Source: Moniliella sp. 'wahieum'
Taxonomy: Eukaryota
Assembly (NCBI GenBank): GCA_003971905.1
Contig: RSEE01000017.1
Span: 496,001-560,000, forward strand
Length of the DNA: 64,000 nucleotides
Direction: 5' to 3'
Below are positions 49,829 to 62,900 of the stretch, piece by piece. Made by a program: the position numbers and the translations under genes. Position 1 is the stretch's first letter; each line of letters starts with the position of its first letter. The notes below the pieces were generated by a model. That model was given only the letters and a program-made list of their open reading frames with translations. It did not search any database and was not told where the DNA came from.

Positions 49829-50797
49829 GATGGTGGAGCAGAGCAGAGCAGAGCAGGAGCAGAGCAGGAGCAGAGCCTTGGGCGCGCCATGGCGCCGCGG
49901 CAGCTTAGTTACTACGTCCTAGTAGTGAGGCGGGGGGGCAGTGACAAGGACGGTGAGTGGGACTGTCATGCATGTCACGAGTGATCTGCTGGTGGGAGGA
50001 CCGGCACTAGGGCGCATTGCCTGCTCCGCCTCGCCATCCCAGACAGGGTAGCAGGTATGGGCCCAGTGCATCCGCCTCCAGCCGCAGCGCAGCAGCCACT
50101 GGCTTTGCGTGGAAAGCTTACAGGTAGATATACCTTGGCCTTAGCGATCTTAATCTTAGCAGTCCAGCCGATCCAACGCCTAACTACCATCCGCCCTCGT
50201 CCCGCATCCACACCAGGACCGCCCAACCTCACCTCAACGTTCACTGTGTTCCTGGGGCTCGTTTATAACACCGGATCCCAGACTATGTCACGTCCTCCGC
50301 GTTCCTGCTGTCCTCCGCGTTCCTGCTTGGATTTCCAAAACGAGTTGGAGGGACTGCTGGTCCTGGAGGTACAAGTAAGGACGGTGGGCGGTGGGAGGGG
50401 GGGAAGGAAGGGGAGGGAAATGAGTGCATAATGCATGTAACCCCCAACATTGAGGTGAGGGGGACAAGGGTTTCAACAGGAAACGGGGCGGAAAGTGATC
50501 CATGATCCAAGTGATCCAAATCATCCGTCCGGAAGATGTACCAGTCGTTTGGGGGAGAGGAAGAGAGAAGCATCCACACGGCCACGTCCAGGGGGGGATA
50601 AGGGGGGGGGAGGGAGGACAAGCAGGGCCAAGCTAAAGAGGGAGGGTGGCTGCTGGCCACCCATCATCCATCACACATACACTGACATCCCGTCCCGCCC
50701 CCCCCCCGCGCCCCCCCCCCCGCCGACCCCTGCGCCAACCCCACCAGACCCAGCAAGCACGTGCACGGGAAGCGGGGGTTAGGCCTTAGGTTACCAA

Positions 50798-52395
50798 CTA
50801 CCAATCGTCGTCCGACTCCTCCTCGTCCGAATCGCCCATTTGGCCTTTGCGTTGGTTGAGGGCTTGGGACAAGGCATCTGCCAAGCCGGCGGGGGACTCG
50901 TCGCCTGCTGCTCCAGCTGCTGAGCCCGCCCCCAACCCCACAGCCCCACCAGCCGCAGCTCCCCCTACCCCACCCAAATTCGTCGAATTCGAATTCGGTC
51001 CGGGCGTCTTCTTGAGATCGCGAATCGACTTGCCCTGGATACTGGCCAACAACGCGCTCGTCCATCTTGCGGCGCTGGGAGACCAGATAACGCGTTGCCC
51101 CCACCGGCAGCAGGGGAGGGGGCGGGGCGGAGGCGCTCCACCAGAAGGAGGGGGGGGAGGAGGAGGCGCCCCACCAGAGGGAGGCGGAGGAGGCCGTGGA
51201 GCAGCCCCCATTGGTGCAGGAGGCGGTGGCGGCGGCGGTGCAGGTGGTGCACTGCTGCTTGGGACCGGAGGCGGGCGCGGCGGTGCAGGAGCACGCGCTC
51301 CAGCCGTTCGACCCGGTGGGGGAGGCGCAGGTGCAGCCGGCGCACTGCGCGGCGCTTTCTTGCTCCCTCCCACGGGGGGAAGACGACGAGGGGCAGAAGG
51401 CGCTGCTGGTGCGGGCCGGGGGAGCGGGTGGGTGGCGGTGCAGGGGCAGCAGCAGGCGCGGAGGTGGGGGTGGCGCGCTGGGAGCTGCAGCGGGAGCAGC
51501 AGGGGCATCGTCTTCGGTGTGCGTGGTGCCGAGACGGTTGGCGGAGCCGGCGGCGCAGGCGAGGCAAGCGGAGAAGACGGGGTATGGTACTGTACCGCCG
51601 GTACTCGCGGTGCGGGCGGGGAAGCCGGTGCAGAGACAGAGCCCTGGGTGCTAGAGTGGTAGGTGCGGCTGGTATGGGGAAACAAAGGGTTGCCCAGTCG
51701 CGCTTCGCATTGCCTCCCCCTTTCGTGGTTTGGTCGAGTTGGTACGACTGTGTCCGCCCGTCAGGTTGGTGAGCAACGAGGGCGCAGAATCGCTGTTACC
51801 GCCGCCCGAGGAGCCGCCGCTCTGGACCACGAACGCTTCGAGCATGGCGGTGGAAATGCTAGGATGGCCCGCTGTGCCATGGGCGTGCGGGACCGAGACG
51901 CCGCGGCCAAAGAATTTCTTGAACGTACTCCCACCGGATGCTTTCGGCTTGGCTGGAGGAGGGGGAGAGAGGAATCAGCAGGGCAGTCGCTACGCGAAGG
52001 GAAAGAGAGAAACAAACGTACCATACTTTTGCTTGTTGCCAATCCTTTTGGCTAGGACGGCAGCCTCAGCCTCGTCGGCAAAGGCGATGCCGACAAAACA
52101 CTCGTCGCCCTCAAAGTATGGAAAAAGGTGCGGTCGACATTGTACACAAAGCCCTCATACATCTCCTGCTCCCACAGCACGCCGCGGGAGCCAGGTCAAC
52201 GAGCTTGAGGTAGAAGGTGGAGCGGTCATAGTCGCGCACAAACGCCAGCACGCCTTCCAAGCCTGTGAAGGCCCAGGAAGAAGAGGCGCGGGGCGCAGCG
52301 TACACGCGCGCCACGGTAGCCATGACGATCTTGGCGCTCTCGGCGGGCACGGCGGCCTTGACCCGGTTCTTCTCGGCCGTGGTGAGGGTGGGCAT
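50798..52395 (-). CDS. LAS17: WASP/Las17 actin nucleation-promoting factor (WH1, Pro-rich, WH2, acidic); intron 51953-52021
   Basis: WH1 motifs KIVMATVARVYAAP..W..TGLEG and FEGDECFVGIAFA, polyproline tracts, WH2 ALLASIQGKSIRDLKKT, LADALSQALNQRK, and terminal SDEEESDDDW. Confidence 0.93.
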
Positions 52396-53540
52396 TGTGG
52401 ATGGAAGGGTGCGGCAGAAGACGAGACGGCGTGCGGTGGCTGCGCTTGCGGGGGGCAGCTGCGCGTGGCGGACGTCACCAGTCGTAGTTACGAATCACTC
52501 GCACTCGCAGCAGCCACTAGTCACTAGTCGTCGATTCGTCGCTGGCCAAGACCCCATGACGTAACAGAGTGCCCCCTGCATCCACGGGGGGGCGCACCAC
52601 GGGGGCGCCCATGTCAGCTGCCACCTGTCAGCTGTCAGCGCTCAGCCATGTCAGCGCTGAGGCTCAGCTTCAGGGTGGCATTGGTTCAAGTGCCTGTGGC
52701 GTCACGTGCCCCCAACTATATAGCACCGCGCACCCCCCCGCCTCCTGCATGGGCGCGTGTCTTCTGTCCAACACCCCTCAGCCACCCTGGCCGGCTCACA
52801 TCCAGTGGCTCGTGATGGGCATGCCGCGTACGAACGGCCTCCAAGAGGACACCCGAGTTGCTGTTGTCTGGATCCGTTCCCAGTGCGTGGGGTTGGGCTG
52901 CGCCAAAAAATGAGATTCGGCGCTTCTCGTTTTGGTGCCGTCTGTCATGTCATGCTCATGCGCGCTTGGATGAGGTTCTCAGTAGCAACAGAGGGACTTG
53001 CAGAATCGCCCCGGCGCAGGTACCGTCCCCACACTCCGTTCCCCTCTACATTCCTCGTGCCTCGCTTTGATGCAATGGTCCAATCGAGAGGCCATGCTGG
53101 GCAGAACGCAGAACAGATTCATCTCGGTGGGCGGAGGAAGCAATTTAGGACAGGGGGGATAGGGACGTTGGCGTACAACACCAAAGAAAGGGAGGAGAGG
53201 AGAGAATTGATAGCAGGGGACCTAGGTATCACAACCTGGATCGGTCGCTGGTCCCGCCCGAACTAGACAGGGGAGAATCACACGAGCATGCCTCCCGTCA
53301 ACAGAAAGGGGTAGCCCACAGAAAGCGGAGACACGCAAGGGAAGAAGGTAAGAGGGGGGGGGATTAGAAAGGAGAGGGTGTGGGAGCAAGTCCCAGAGAA
53401 GGTAGGGGAATCAAAAGGTGACGAGGAAAGGGTATGGGGCCAGGACAAGGCCTGAGGCAGTCTAGAGAGTGCAGAGCAAAAGGAAGGCACTTTGAAGCTT
53501 GAAGCTTGAACGCTGGTTGTGTGGGACAAGGAGCCGCGAC

Positions 53541-54335
53541 TCAAAAAAGGAAACATTTGGTCTTGGTGTCTGATTTGAACGGGTTCTTCTTGCCCTTTTT
53601 GGACTGCTTGACAATCTCGCCCCGTTGCTCGCGGATCAGGCGAACGACATTCAAGTACGCCTTTTCCACATTCACACACGTCTTGGCGGACGTTTCGACA
53701 AACTGGCATCCCAACCGACTGGCCAACGCCTGCCCTTCCTCCATCGCAACTTCCCGTTCCTCAGCCTTGTCGCACTTGTTGCCCACCAACATTGTCGGCG
53801 CATTCGAATCATCCTTGACGCGCGTAATCTGGTTCTTGAACCGCTCAATCCGCTCAAACGTCGGCCGACTCACAATCGAGTACACCAGCAAAAACCCTTC
53901 CCCCTCCCGTACCCATTGGTCCCGCAGCGCGTGTACTCTTCCTGCCCGGCCGTGTCCAGCACCTCAAGCATACACGGCTGATCGTCAATCACAGTTTGCT
54001 TGCGGTACGAGTCTTCGATGGTTGGGTCGTACGTCTCGACAAAGTGGTTCAGACAAAGCTATACAAGGGGAAAAAAGAGAAGAGGACGTGTGAGCGCAAG
54101 CGAAAGAGGGGAAGGGGGTACCACAAAAGGACCCAGCGAGCTGGTGAACAGGGTCAAGTGCCAAGTACCAAGTACCAAGTGGCAAGTACCAAGTACCATC
54201 ACCAAGTGGCAAGCACGGCCCCACCGAGTCTGTAGCGCACAACAGAACACTACGCACCTGGATCGTCAGGGCGGTCTTGCCCACGCCGCCGTCGCCGAGG
54301 ACGACAAGCTTGTAAATCATCATCTTGCCAGACAT
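53541..54335 (-). CDS. ras2: Ras-family GTPase, fungal Ras2 type; intron 54059-54257; one frameshift near 53930
   Basis: [34 protein letters not shown] and C-terminal CAAX (CFLF). Confidence 0.97.
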
Positions 54336-55419
54336 GGTGGGAGACGGGGCAGGAGGTGGTGGGGGGCAAGAGACACGCTCCCGCGACGCGATACGCGGTT
54401 AACCGGCTTACATCTCAACAGGTGGCAATTCTCACCGTAGTCTCACCGTCTCAACGTGTCAACGATCTTGCTTCGGCCGCACATTGTCCGCGGATGGAAT
54501 GCACGCGAGGAAGGAGGGGTACGTGTGCGGGGCACTGGGCACTGGGCACTGGGCACTGGGCGCTGGAGCCTCACCTTGCCTGGTCCAGCGCCCAGCGCCC
54601 AGCGCTTCTGCTTGGCCCGCTCGACGCCACAGGCAGCCGCAGGCAATGGAGATTGAATGGCCCAGGGCCACACCAGCGCGCGCGCCCCCGCCCCGCACAC
54701 AGACGCCCTGCCGCTGCTACTAAGCTCCCACGGCGCCGCCCAGCTGCTACCCGCTGGCTATGGACGCTGCGCACCGCTGAGTCTGAGCGCCTGTACGCCT
54801 GAGCCCGCTGACGCGCTCGCCACCCGGCCACCCGCAGATCATCCATCTGATGATCAATCAATCAATCATTAATCATCCACATCGATGTCGACCTCATCCA
54901 TCATGCACCATGCATCATGCATCATCGACCAGGCCAGATCCCAGTAGTCGGTACGACCAATCTACTCGCCGCGTTCGCCGTCCATGTGCCACCCGCAGGT
55001 CCAAGTCTTGGCCTGTCTTCGCCCTGCGCGGGCTCTGCACTGGCTTGCTCTGCTCCTCAGCCTACCCGACACTTCACAGCAGAGTCAAGTGCAACTCCCA
55101 GGCGGTTGGGTAGCCATAGATCGGTCGTTGTTGTGTCGTATGCACCAACCAGGCCAGACTCTACACACGCGCACAGTTCCTGCTCCTTTCCCGGGGCTAT
55201 AGCCACTAAGTTTACCAGACAAGACAAAAGGTCATGGAAATACAACGCCCGCGCTGCATGGAGACGACGTGCAAGCCGGACCTACTGAGGGCTGCGGCCG
55301 CGAGAGGTCACAGGGGGGGGGCGAACGCCACGCCCCCGTAGCATAGTGGGAGAGAAAAGAGAAAGAGAAAGAGAAAAAGACAGACAAAAAAACCACACGC
55401 CCCATCACTCTGAACCTCC

Positions 55420-55936
55420 TCATTCTTCCTCCTCCTCATCCTCTTCTCTTCTTCTTCTTCTTCTGTGCTTGAGCTTCTCGCCAATCGATCATCTCGTGCT
55501 CAGCACGCTCCTTGTCCTTCTCGGCCAGCTCCTTGAACGGCTGCTTCGCCTCGTCGTCCATCTCCTTCCACATCTGCCCGAGGATCCGACCAATGTCGCC
55601 TACCCACCCACAGAGCGTGCCAAAGAACCACAGGTAACAGACAGTCAGCCGCTGAATCCCTCCTGACAAGCAAGAAAGAGAAGAGAAGAGAAGCAAAAAA
55701 GAAGAGAAAAGAAAAGGGAAAAAAGGGAAAGGGGAGACATACCAAAGCCCGCCTCGGGGTTGTCCTCTTTACTTGGTTGCGCCTCTCTTGGCAAAAGAGC
55801 ACGTACGGGGTCAACGCACGCTTGGGCTTGTTTTGTCCTTCTTGGCTCGCTTTTTCTTGGGCTGCGCCGTCTTGCGCGTGGAAGAAGATGAGCTCTTCGA
55901 CGCGTTCTTCTCCGTTTTTTTGGTAGCACGCGCCAT
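55420..55936 (-). CDS. NHP6: HMG-box protein, Nhp6-like, with acidic tail; intron 55600-55742
   Basis: Basic N-terminus, then PKRALTPYVLFCQERRNQV.EDNPEAGFG|DIGRILGQMWKEMDDEAKQPFKELAEKDKERAE and a poly-Glu tail. Confidence 0.88.
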
Positions 55937-57173
55937 GGGGAAACTAACCAGGCGCCAAGCCACGCGTCACATAGGTCAGGTCACGTCAGGGCGGTCAGGT
56001 CAGCACGGCAAGGTAGGACAGCGCACCTACCCCCGCAACGCGCCGGGACACACGGGAAACGGGAAGCGGGAAGCGGGAAGCGGGCAGGGGGCAGGCAGGG
56101 GGCGGAGACGAGGAGATGGACGACGTACCAGACGGAATGGGAGGTGGGAGCTGTGCGGACGAGGGGGGGCGAGAAAGGCGACGCTGGAAGGAAGAGAGGG
56201 AGAAAGAAGGGCAGACGAGCAAACGGGCTTTATACGGGTCGGGAGCGCGAGCGCAGCGGCGTGGTGTGGGTGTATGCGCTGGGCTGACGCGGAGGCACGC
56301 GTGCGCTGGCGCTCCCAGTGCACCCCCGACAAGCGACAAGGCGCCTCGGCCTAGTGCCTGCCCTGCACCTTGCCTGCCTGGCCTTAGGCCTTACGTGGTG
56401 GAACGTTCAAGTTCGTTGCCAAACTAGTAACTACCGGCCCAAGCGCCGGCCCAGCCCAGCGGCCACGCCAACCTTAGGGTTAGCCTGCCCATCCATCGCC
56501 CACGGAGAATGCACGCCTGGGTCACGCCGGGCCAGGGCGGATGCGGGAGCTGAGATTGAGATGGGATCCATGGGCGCATACGCCGGCCTAGTGCTCCCCC
56601 CGGCCTGTCTGCGAATCGAATACGTGACTAGTCACTCCCGCCCTGCCGGGGGTGGTCTTTGCAAGTGGTGGCCCCACGCGTGCACTCATCCAATCGACAT
56701 TGAGCGCAGCGACAGGTTCGCGCATCGAGTAGGGGTGAACGATGATCGATGATCGATGACCTAAGCATCGGCCACTATTCAATGGGGCAGAGCGACGAAC
56801 CATATGCTACCGGGGCACAGGACTGTAGGACTGTACAAACAGATCTGGCATCGTAGATCGCACAACCCCAGCGCTGGGGACAGCAGAGTGGTGGATGGCA
56901 CTCCACTGGGCTGGCTCGGGCTTAGTAACGAACTGGCTAAGCGAACGCTAAGCGCGGACGGCCCGTCCCCACTTGAGTGTTCGACAGGCTAGCGCTGGGT
57001 ACCAGAATTGAACATTGCACGTATCTACACCTGTTTCACATTTCAAACTACCCCTTGCACGCCGCCCATTCGAGTGGCTAGTGGTAGTGAACCAAGCGCA
57101 TTGCACCGAGTCGAGCCTAACCCCCTCCTCAGACCCACCACCATCTCCTCCTCCTCCGGGCCCCCAGCCTACC

Positions 57174-57544
57174 ATGTCGTCGCCCCTGCGCCTGCGTCCT
57201 GTTGTAGGCATTGGAAGCGCCAGCTGCTGCACCGTCCTCAGCTCTTGGCGTCGTCTTCCTCGCCGTCATGGTTGGGGGTATGACCACGATGGGAAGGTAC
57301 GTCCCCCCCCCCCCCTGTTTACCTCTTACCTATCTACCTCGTACCTCGTTCACGTCCGCACTGAATCCACAACTGACTGCGCCTGCTGCCTCTGACCCAG
57401 CTTCATGGGATCCACGTCCGACCCAAAAGATGGCCATGCGGTCGCGCGCACATGCTACACTGTGGCGCTTATCTATGCCTGCTTCCTCGGCTTTGCGCAT
57501 GCCAAATCGGTGTCCACAAGCGCTACAGCCGCGTCCAAATTTGA
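57174..57544 (+). CDS. V-ATPase V0 subunit f / RNase-kappa-like small membrane protein; intron 57297-57400; frameshifted
   Basis: LRPVVGIGSASCCTVLSS.GVVFLAVM...|FMGSTSDPKDGHAVARTCYTVALIYACFLGF..CQI resembles yeast Ypr170w-b (RPVV..CCTVLS.FGVV; F.GS..DP.DG.AVA). Confidence 0.8.
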
Positions 57545-57611
57545 GCTTTGACCTTTGAGCTGGTACCACGGACCTTGGCCAAGTGGCTACGTTGCTTCTC
57601 TCCCTTTGAAA

Positions 57612-57677
57612 TGGGAGATGGAAGATGGAGATGGGAGATGGGAGATGGGAGATGGGAGATGGGAGATGGGAGATGGG
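57612..57677 (+). repeat. (GGGAGAT)n heptamer tandem repeat
   Basis: About 9 near-perfect copies directly after the subunit f stop codon. Confidence 0.9.
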
Positions 57678-59938
57678 ATTTTGCCATTCCATAGTCCAGG
57701 CTCTTGTCTTGCCACCCCATCCGAACCACCCATCCTGTTCTGTCACGGACCCGCGACGGCCTCCGCGCCTTCGTACGTTGCATGCATCTTCCTTGCCCTC
57801 TGCTGCATTGGACCTTGGACCTGTCCGATTCTTGATCTGGGGACCTCGGCGCACCATTATACGATTCGTTGATTCGTCCATTCGTCGGTTGGTCGACTCG
57901 GATAAAGTGCTGAGCGTTTCTGAAGCCCATTCCCCTCAATCGCCCCAGGTCGACCGCTTGGCTGCGCACTGCTTTCTTGCGTTTCCTCCGTAGGGCCTCC
58001 ATGCATTTTCCTCCTTGCGCGGCGCATAGTTCGAGCACGAAAAGGAAACGATACAGACCCAAGATACAGCCATGAAACTCATGCATCATGCATTATGCGT
58101 CAGGACGAATAGACCTACTGTCCTCTTTGCAGGAACGAGATTGACGGGAGACGAAGTCAAACTGGTTTGCCAAAACTTAAGATACCTGCTTGTCCATAGC
58201 ACAGACGTACCATGATGCATGACATGGTACCTTTTCTCAAAAGGACAGAATGCACATGCGTTTCACCAAACCCGTTCGGTATCCTATACCCCATCGTAGG
58301 CTATACCGCATTGCCCAGAGCACACACCCGCACCAGGCTCGTACCATCCCCGCCACCGTCCCCGATTGTCCGTCTCGCATCACGTTCCTTCCCATCGGCA
58401 CGGCACCGAAGAGGGGAGTAAGACGAGGTCGCAAAACTGATGAGACCTGGAGTCCTGGTGGTCCTCGAGGGTGATGCAATCGCACTGGTGGTGGTGGTGT
58501 GGCAACCAGCAATGCCTACAGAGGAACATTAAGCAGCGAGTCGCCACCGGGCCATCAGGGCTAAGCTGCGGGACAAGGAGGAAAAAGGAGAGGGGAAACA
58601 GCGGAACTCCAGGTCTGAGGAGGGGCTGAAGAGGGACATTGGCCAAAGCACGAGCTACCTAGCTCAGCAAAAACCAGTGCTACCGACCGATGCTGCTATT
58701 CCTGCTCCCCCCCCAACATGCCCAAGCCCGTCAACGTTCGTTTGCTCATGAGCACCTTCATTGGTAGTAGTGCGTTTAGTGACCCATGGACCTGTAGGCT
58801 ATATGCAGCACGCTAGCGTTTTGGCGGGGGCGCCTGCCCGGTTCCTCCGTCGGAAGCTAAATGAGGCTCGTGGTGGCCCAGCTGGACAGAAATAGATGGA
58901 CAGAAATAGATGGCCAGATGGAGATGCGAAAATGCACCTCTCGAACCAGGAGTGGGGAGGCCACCACAAAGGGAAAATTCGCACGGGACGTTGGTCCAGG
59001 TGGCTGGGTCACTGGTCTGGCAGACACTTGATGAGAGAAAAGTCAAGACAACATTCACGCCAGTCCGTGGCTAGGTTGGGTCGCTTTGGTGATTGAGATA
59101 AACTTCGGCCAGAAGGGGCGAGAGAGGAACTGGTAGTCGGGGAGACCAACGGTAATAGACAGGATGGTCGGCAAGGACCACAGCTAGCAAGCCTTTAGTA
59201 GACATGGCTGTTTATATACAGCAGAAGGAACCAGACCTCAAGTGCCTCTTGACAGTAGGTATAGAAAGAATGTGGGGCACTTCCCAGAGAGGTATAAAGA
59301 CGAATGCACGGCCCTTGCTCTCCAAGGCGCTGACGCTGCGGGAAGGGTTCTGACAAGACTGGACGCAATGGGCACAAGGCATCGTACCGATAAGCCCATG
59401 CGGCCATGGCGGGCGGATGATATTCGCAGCAAGGATAAGGTGTCGACTGGCTCTCTCTCGCTAGTCTAATCCGACTGACGCGTGTTGCCCTGAGATGTCT
59501 ACGACATGCGGGGCTCATCGTCCGGAGGTCGATGATCGATGACCGGAGCGCCCCGCACTAGTCACTAGTCACTAGTCAACGTTCAACTTGAACATCCAAA
59601 CAAACTGGGGCGGTGGTGACCGGTGATGCATGGGAAGCTCAATCGAGCTGAGTCGTCCGACGGGGTTCTCTATAGGTTGCGTGGCCATGTCACCGGCACC
59701 GGCGATCCTGCCTCCGCTTGTGGCGCAATAACAATTCCGCCCGCGGATTCTATCAAATCCACCCGGGGCCACACTGCATTATGTAAGTCCTTGGCGTAAA
59801 TGGCACCACAAAGCTAGATGACGCGATGACGCGTGAACGTTGAACGTTGAACTAACCTCGCCCTGGGTTGCTAGCTAACCACCATCTCGACCTGCCAACT
59901 CGTCGTCACGCCCACGCCCGCTACAGTCTGTGAGCATT

Positions 59939-62900
59939 ATGCCGCAGAATTCAGGGCCATGCACCTCTTCCTCACGTCGAGAATGAGCATCCTGGGGAGG
60001 AGCAAGGTATGAATGCCGAGTCTTCTCGGGGGGATGAAACGCGTATTCAACCTCTCACCCGCCATGAATTGGTTGATGATCACGTTACTCCGGTTGAGCT
60101 TCCCCTACCGACCCTCGATGCCCAAAACGAACCGGGGAGCAGCAACTTCAAGACACAGAATTTGTCGAGGCGGAAGATGAACAGTTTACCGACGTGGAAA
60201 TGAACCGTTTGCCGAGCCGGAAGATGAACTGTTTACCGACTCGGATGTTGAACAGCAAATTCAAGATAACTTTGCGGTTGTCAGGGCCACCCTATTTGGG
60301 CGCGAGGATGAGTATGACGATGTTTCAGACGATGTGCCTGAGGAGCCTGACAACCTTGTGGGCAATAATACACTGGATGGAGTGGAAGCTGCGCATGGCG
60401 ATCAGGCGGATCCCACGTTGTTCTGGGCCCCGATGCGTATTGCGCGTCAGCAGGCTGAAGAATTGCAAGGAGGTGCTTCTCTTCGATTCGCGGAAATGCA
60501 AGACGCCACTAAGAGGTTCATTCAAGAATCATCTTGTCCAACCGGGACTTGCCCTGATGGTCAAGACAGCGGCTGGTATGGTCTGGAAAAAGAGGTGGAG
60601 ACTGAAGTTAACAATACAAGACGGCTCGCTCGGCTCCAGCGTCCAACGTGGAAAGACGGGGGCATCATTCATGCGTGGATGTTCATGATATGCAGCCAAG
60701 GTGACACAACGTTATGGGAGACCTTTCGGATGTTTGTTACAAAGGGTGGTCCTGGTGTGAACGAGACGGGCAGCATCCAAACCGCGGAGCTGAAGGCGGT
60801 GCGACAATCTGGATATGGAGCGGCCGAAATCAGGTCTTGTCCCAAAATGTGTGGGTTGCTTCTCGGACCTGAGAACGAGCCGGTTAAGTGCGATTGCGGG
60901 CAGGTCGTTCCCCCCTTGCGAGACGCTGATCGTCGTATCAATCCTTCAGCTGTTTACGTCTCCATTCCAAGCATCATGAGAGCTTTTTCATGAGCAAAAA
61001 GAACGCAGAGATGATGCACTACCATGATCGGGCTTTCCGTGAATGGGAACAGACCCCGCCTGCTGAACGACGGATTACAGATTATTGGTGTGGATCCCAT
61101 TATCGAAAGTTGCGTGCCACGATCCCCGAACTTGTTCAAGATCCTCGCTATGGACTGATTGGGCTATCTATTCATGGCTCTCATTTCAAGTCAGCCCATT
61201 TCGACTCAGGCCGCAAGCACGGATACTGGATGATCAAGGCAACCCTCTACAACCTGCCTCCAGAGTTTAGGGCCCAGGAGGAATATTGTTGGACAGTGGG
61301 GATTATCCCAGGTCCCTTCAAACGCTGTACCCTCAAAAGCATTGACTCCTATCTGATGCCCGTGTTCAAGGATCTGGAGCGACTACAGCGAGAGGGAATC
61401 AAGCTGTTCGACGCGGCGCGGGGAGAGTTCTTTACCTGGAAGGCCAGCATGATCTTTCTCACTGGCGATCAGGAGACCTCAGCCCTTATCAATCCCCTCA
61501 GCCTTTTCCGAGGCCGAGCCGGATGTCTGAACTGTGCCTCACTGCGACGAGTCCTGAGCGACCAGTCTATTCCACTGAAAGAGGCGAGCTTCTCACACGA
61601 CGCGACGGGGATATGGCCGCTTTTGCATTATTTGCAGTCCCGCCCGGTTAGTCAACGCACGGCCACCGCCCAAGACATTCAAGAGAATACTGGCTTCCGC
61701 TTTAACATGAGGGACGGCGAGTATGTCCCTCCCTTGAGCTGCTTCGCCAACGCCTATGATGAGTTTGGAACGAGCCCTGTGGAGGCTACGCATCTGATCT
61801 GTCAAGACCTGTTTCGATACATGGTCACATTACTTGCGTCCCCATTTCGGAGGAACGGCCTGGAAAGGGACCATGTGTGTTTTGCAACTCCCGGAATCGG
61901 CCAAGAAACGGATGAATATGGTGTTCAAATCCAGCGACAAGCTCTGTCCACCAGACATTGGTCAGGCTGCCCCCCGCAGCCTTGACAGCAAAATTCGACG
62001 AAGCCGACAATGTGGGACACGCTCAAAATTGTTCAAGGGATTCTAGTACCCTTCTTGGTTGGCGAGCAAGTGCTGGTTCGATCTGGCGAGCTGCAGCCTG
62101 AGGATACCCTGCATCCTGATGGTGTGCAACTATGGAGCCTCCTAAGCAAACTTACTGCAATCGTCATGGATGCAAGCGGTCTTACGGAGGCCGACATGAG
62201 CGAGCTGCAAGAGACGCAAAAGGCCTATGCCGAACTGCTGGAGAGGCTTCTCGTAACCGATGCGGAGGGGAGCAGCGCAGCGAGCTCTACAAAAGAATGG
62301 CGTACGTACTCTTATGTGATGATTCCTCTTTACGGACCGAGCTGACCATATCGTAAACAGAATGTCCCAACACTCTCTCCTCCATCTGGTTAGACCAGAT
62401 ACGATGCGTTGGTCACCTTGTCTCACCTGGCCCACTCCCATGAAAGAAGCAACGAGCGGACGGAGGAAGAGATTAGTAACGAGACCCTTCCCTTCTGGCG
62501 TATCAAGCGGTCTACAAACGTGACTCGTGATCGACATGCTATCTTGGCGCAGGGACGAAACAAAACTTGGCCGCGAGGTGGACAACTGCGACGCGAGCAT
62601 CCCTGGCCAGTCGGGTTCCAACTCCAACGTCAATTCACGCCTTTGGAAACAGATGGAATGCGGAACCTGATCTCCAACACGGGCGATGAACGTTCGAAGT
62701 CTGTGGGGCCATGTGAGGCGAGACTTGCAGCCGACAAACGTTTGCACCTATACATTGCTATACGCCGCACCTTTGATCACTTTGAAAGTCTACTGTCCGG
62801 AGCAAATTTGTGGAAGAGAACACATTGAAAAAATGTCCTATGTAGCACTTGGCCATGATCAATCAGGAGGGACCTGTCCCCAAGGCAAAACCAAGAGGAA

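Noticed and set aside
50590..50730. G/C homopolymer tracts (possible G-quadruplex) downstream of WASP
   Set aside because: Such tracts are common in this GC-rich DNA, and homopolymer lengths are unreliable in this assembly.
59556..59578. CACTA-starting sequence upstream of the transposase as a terminal inverted repeat
   Set aside because: It is part of the (CACTAGT)n heptamer array also seen near unrelated genes, and no matching TAGTG end was found downstream in the window.
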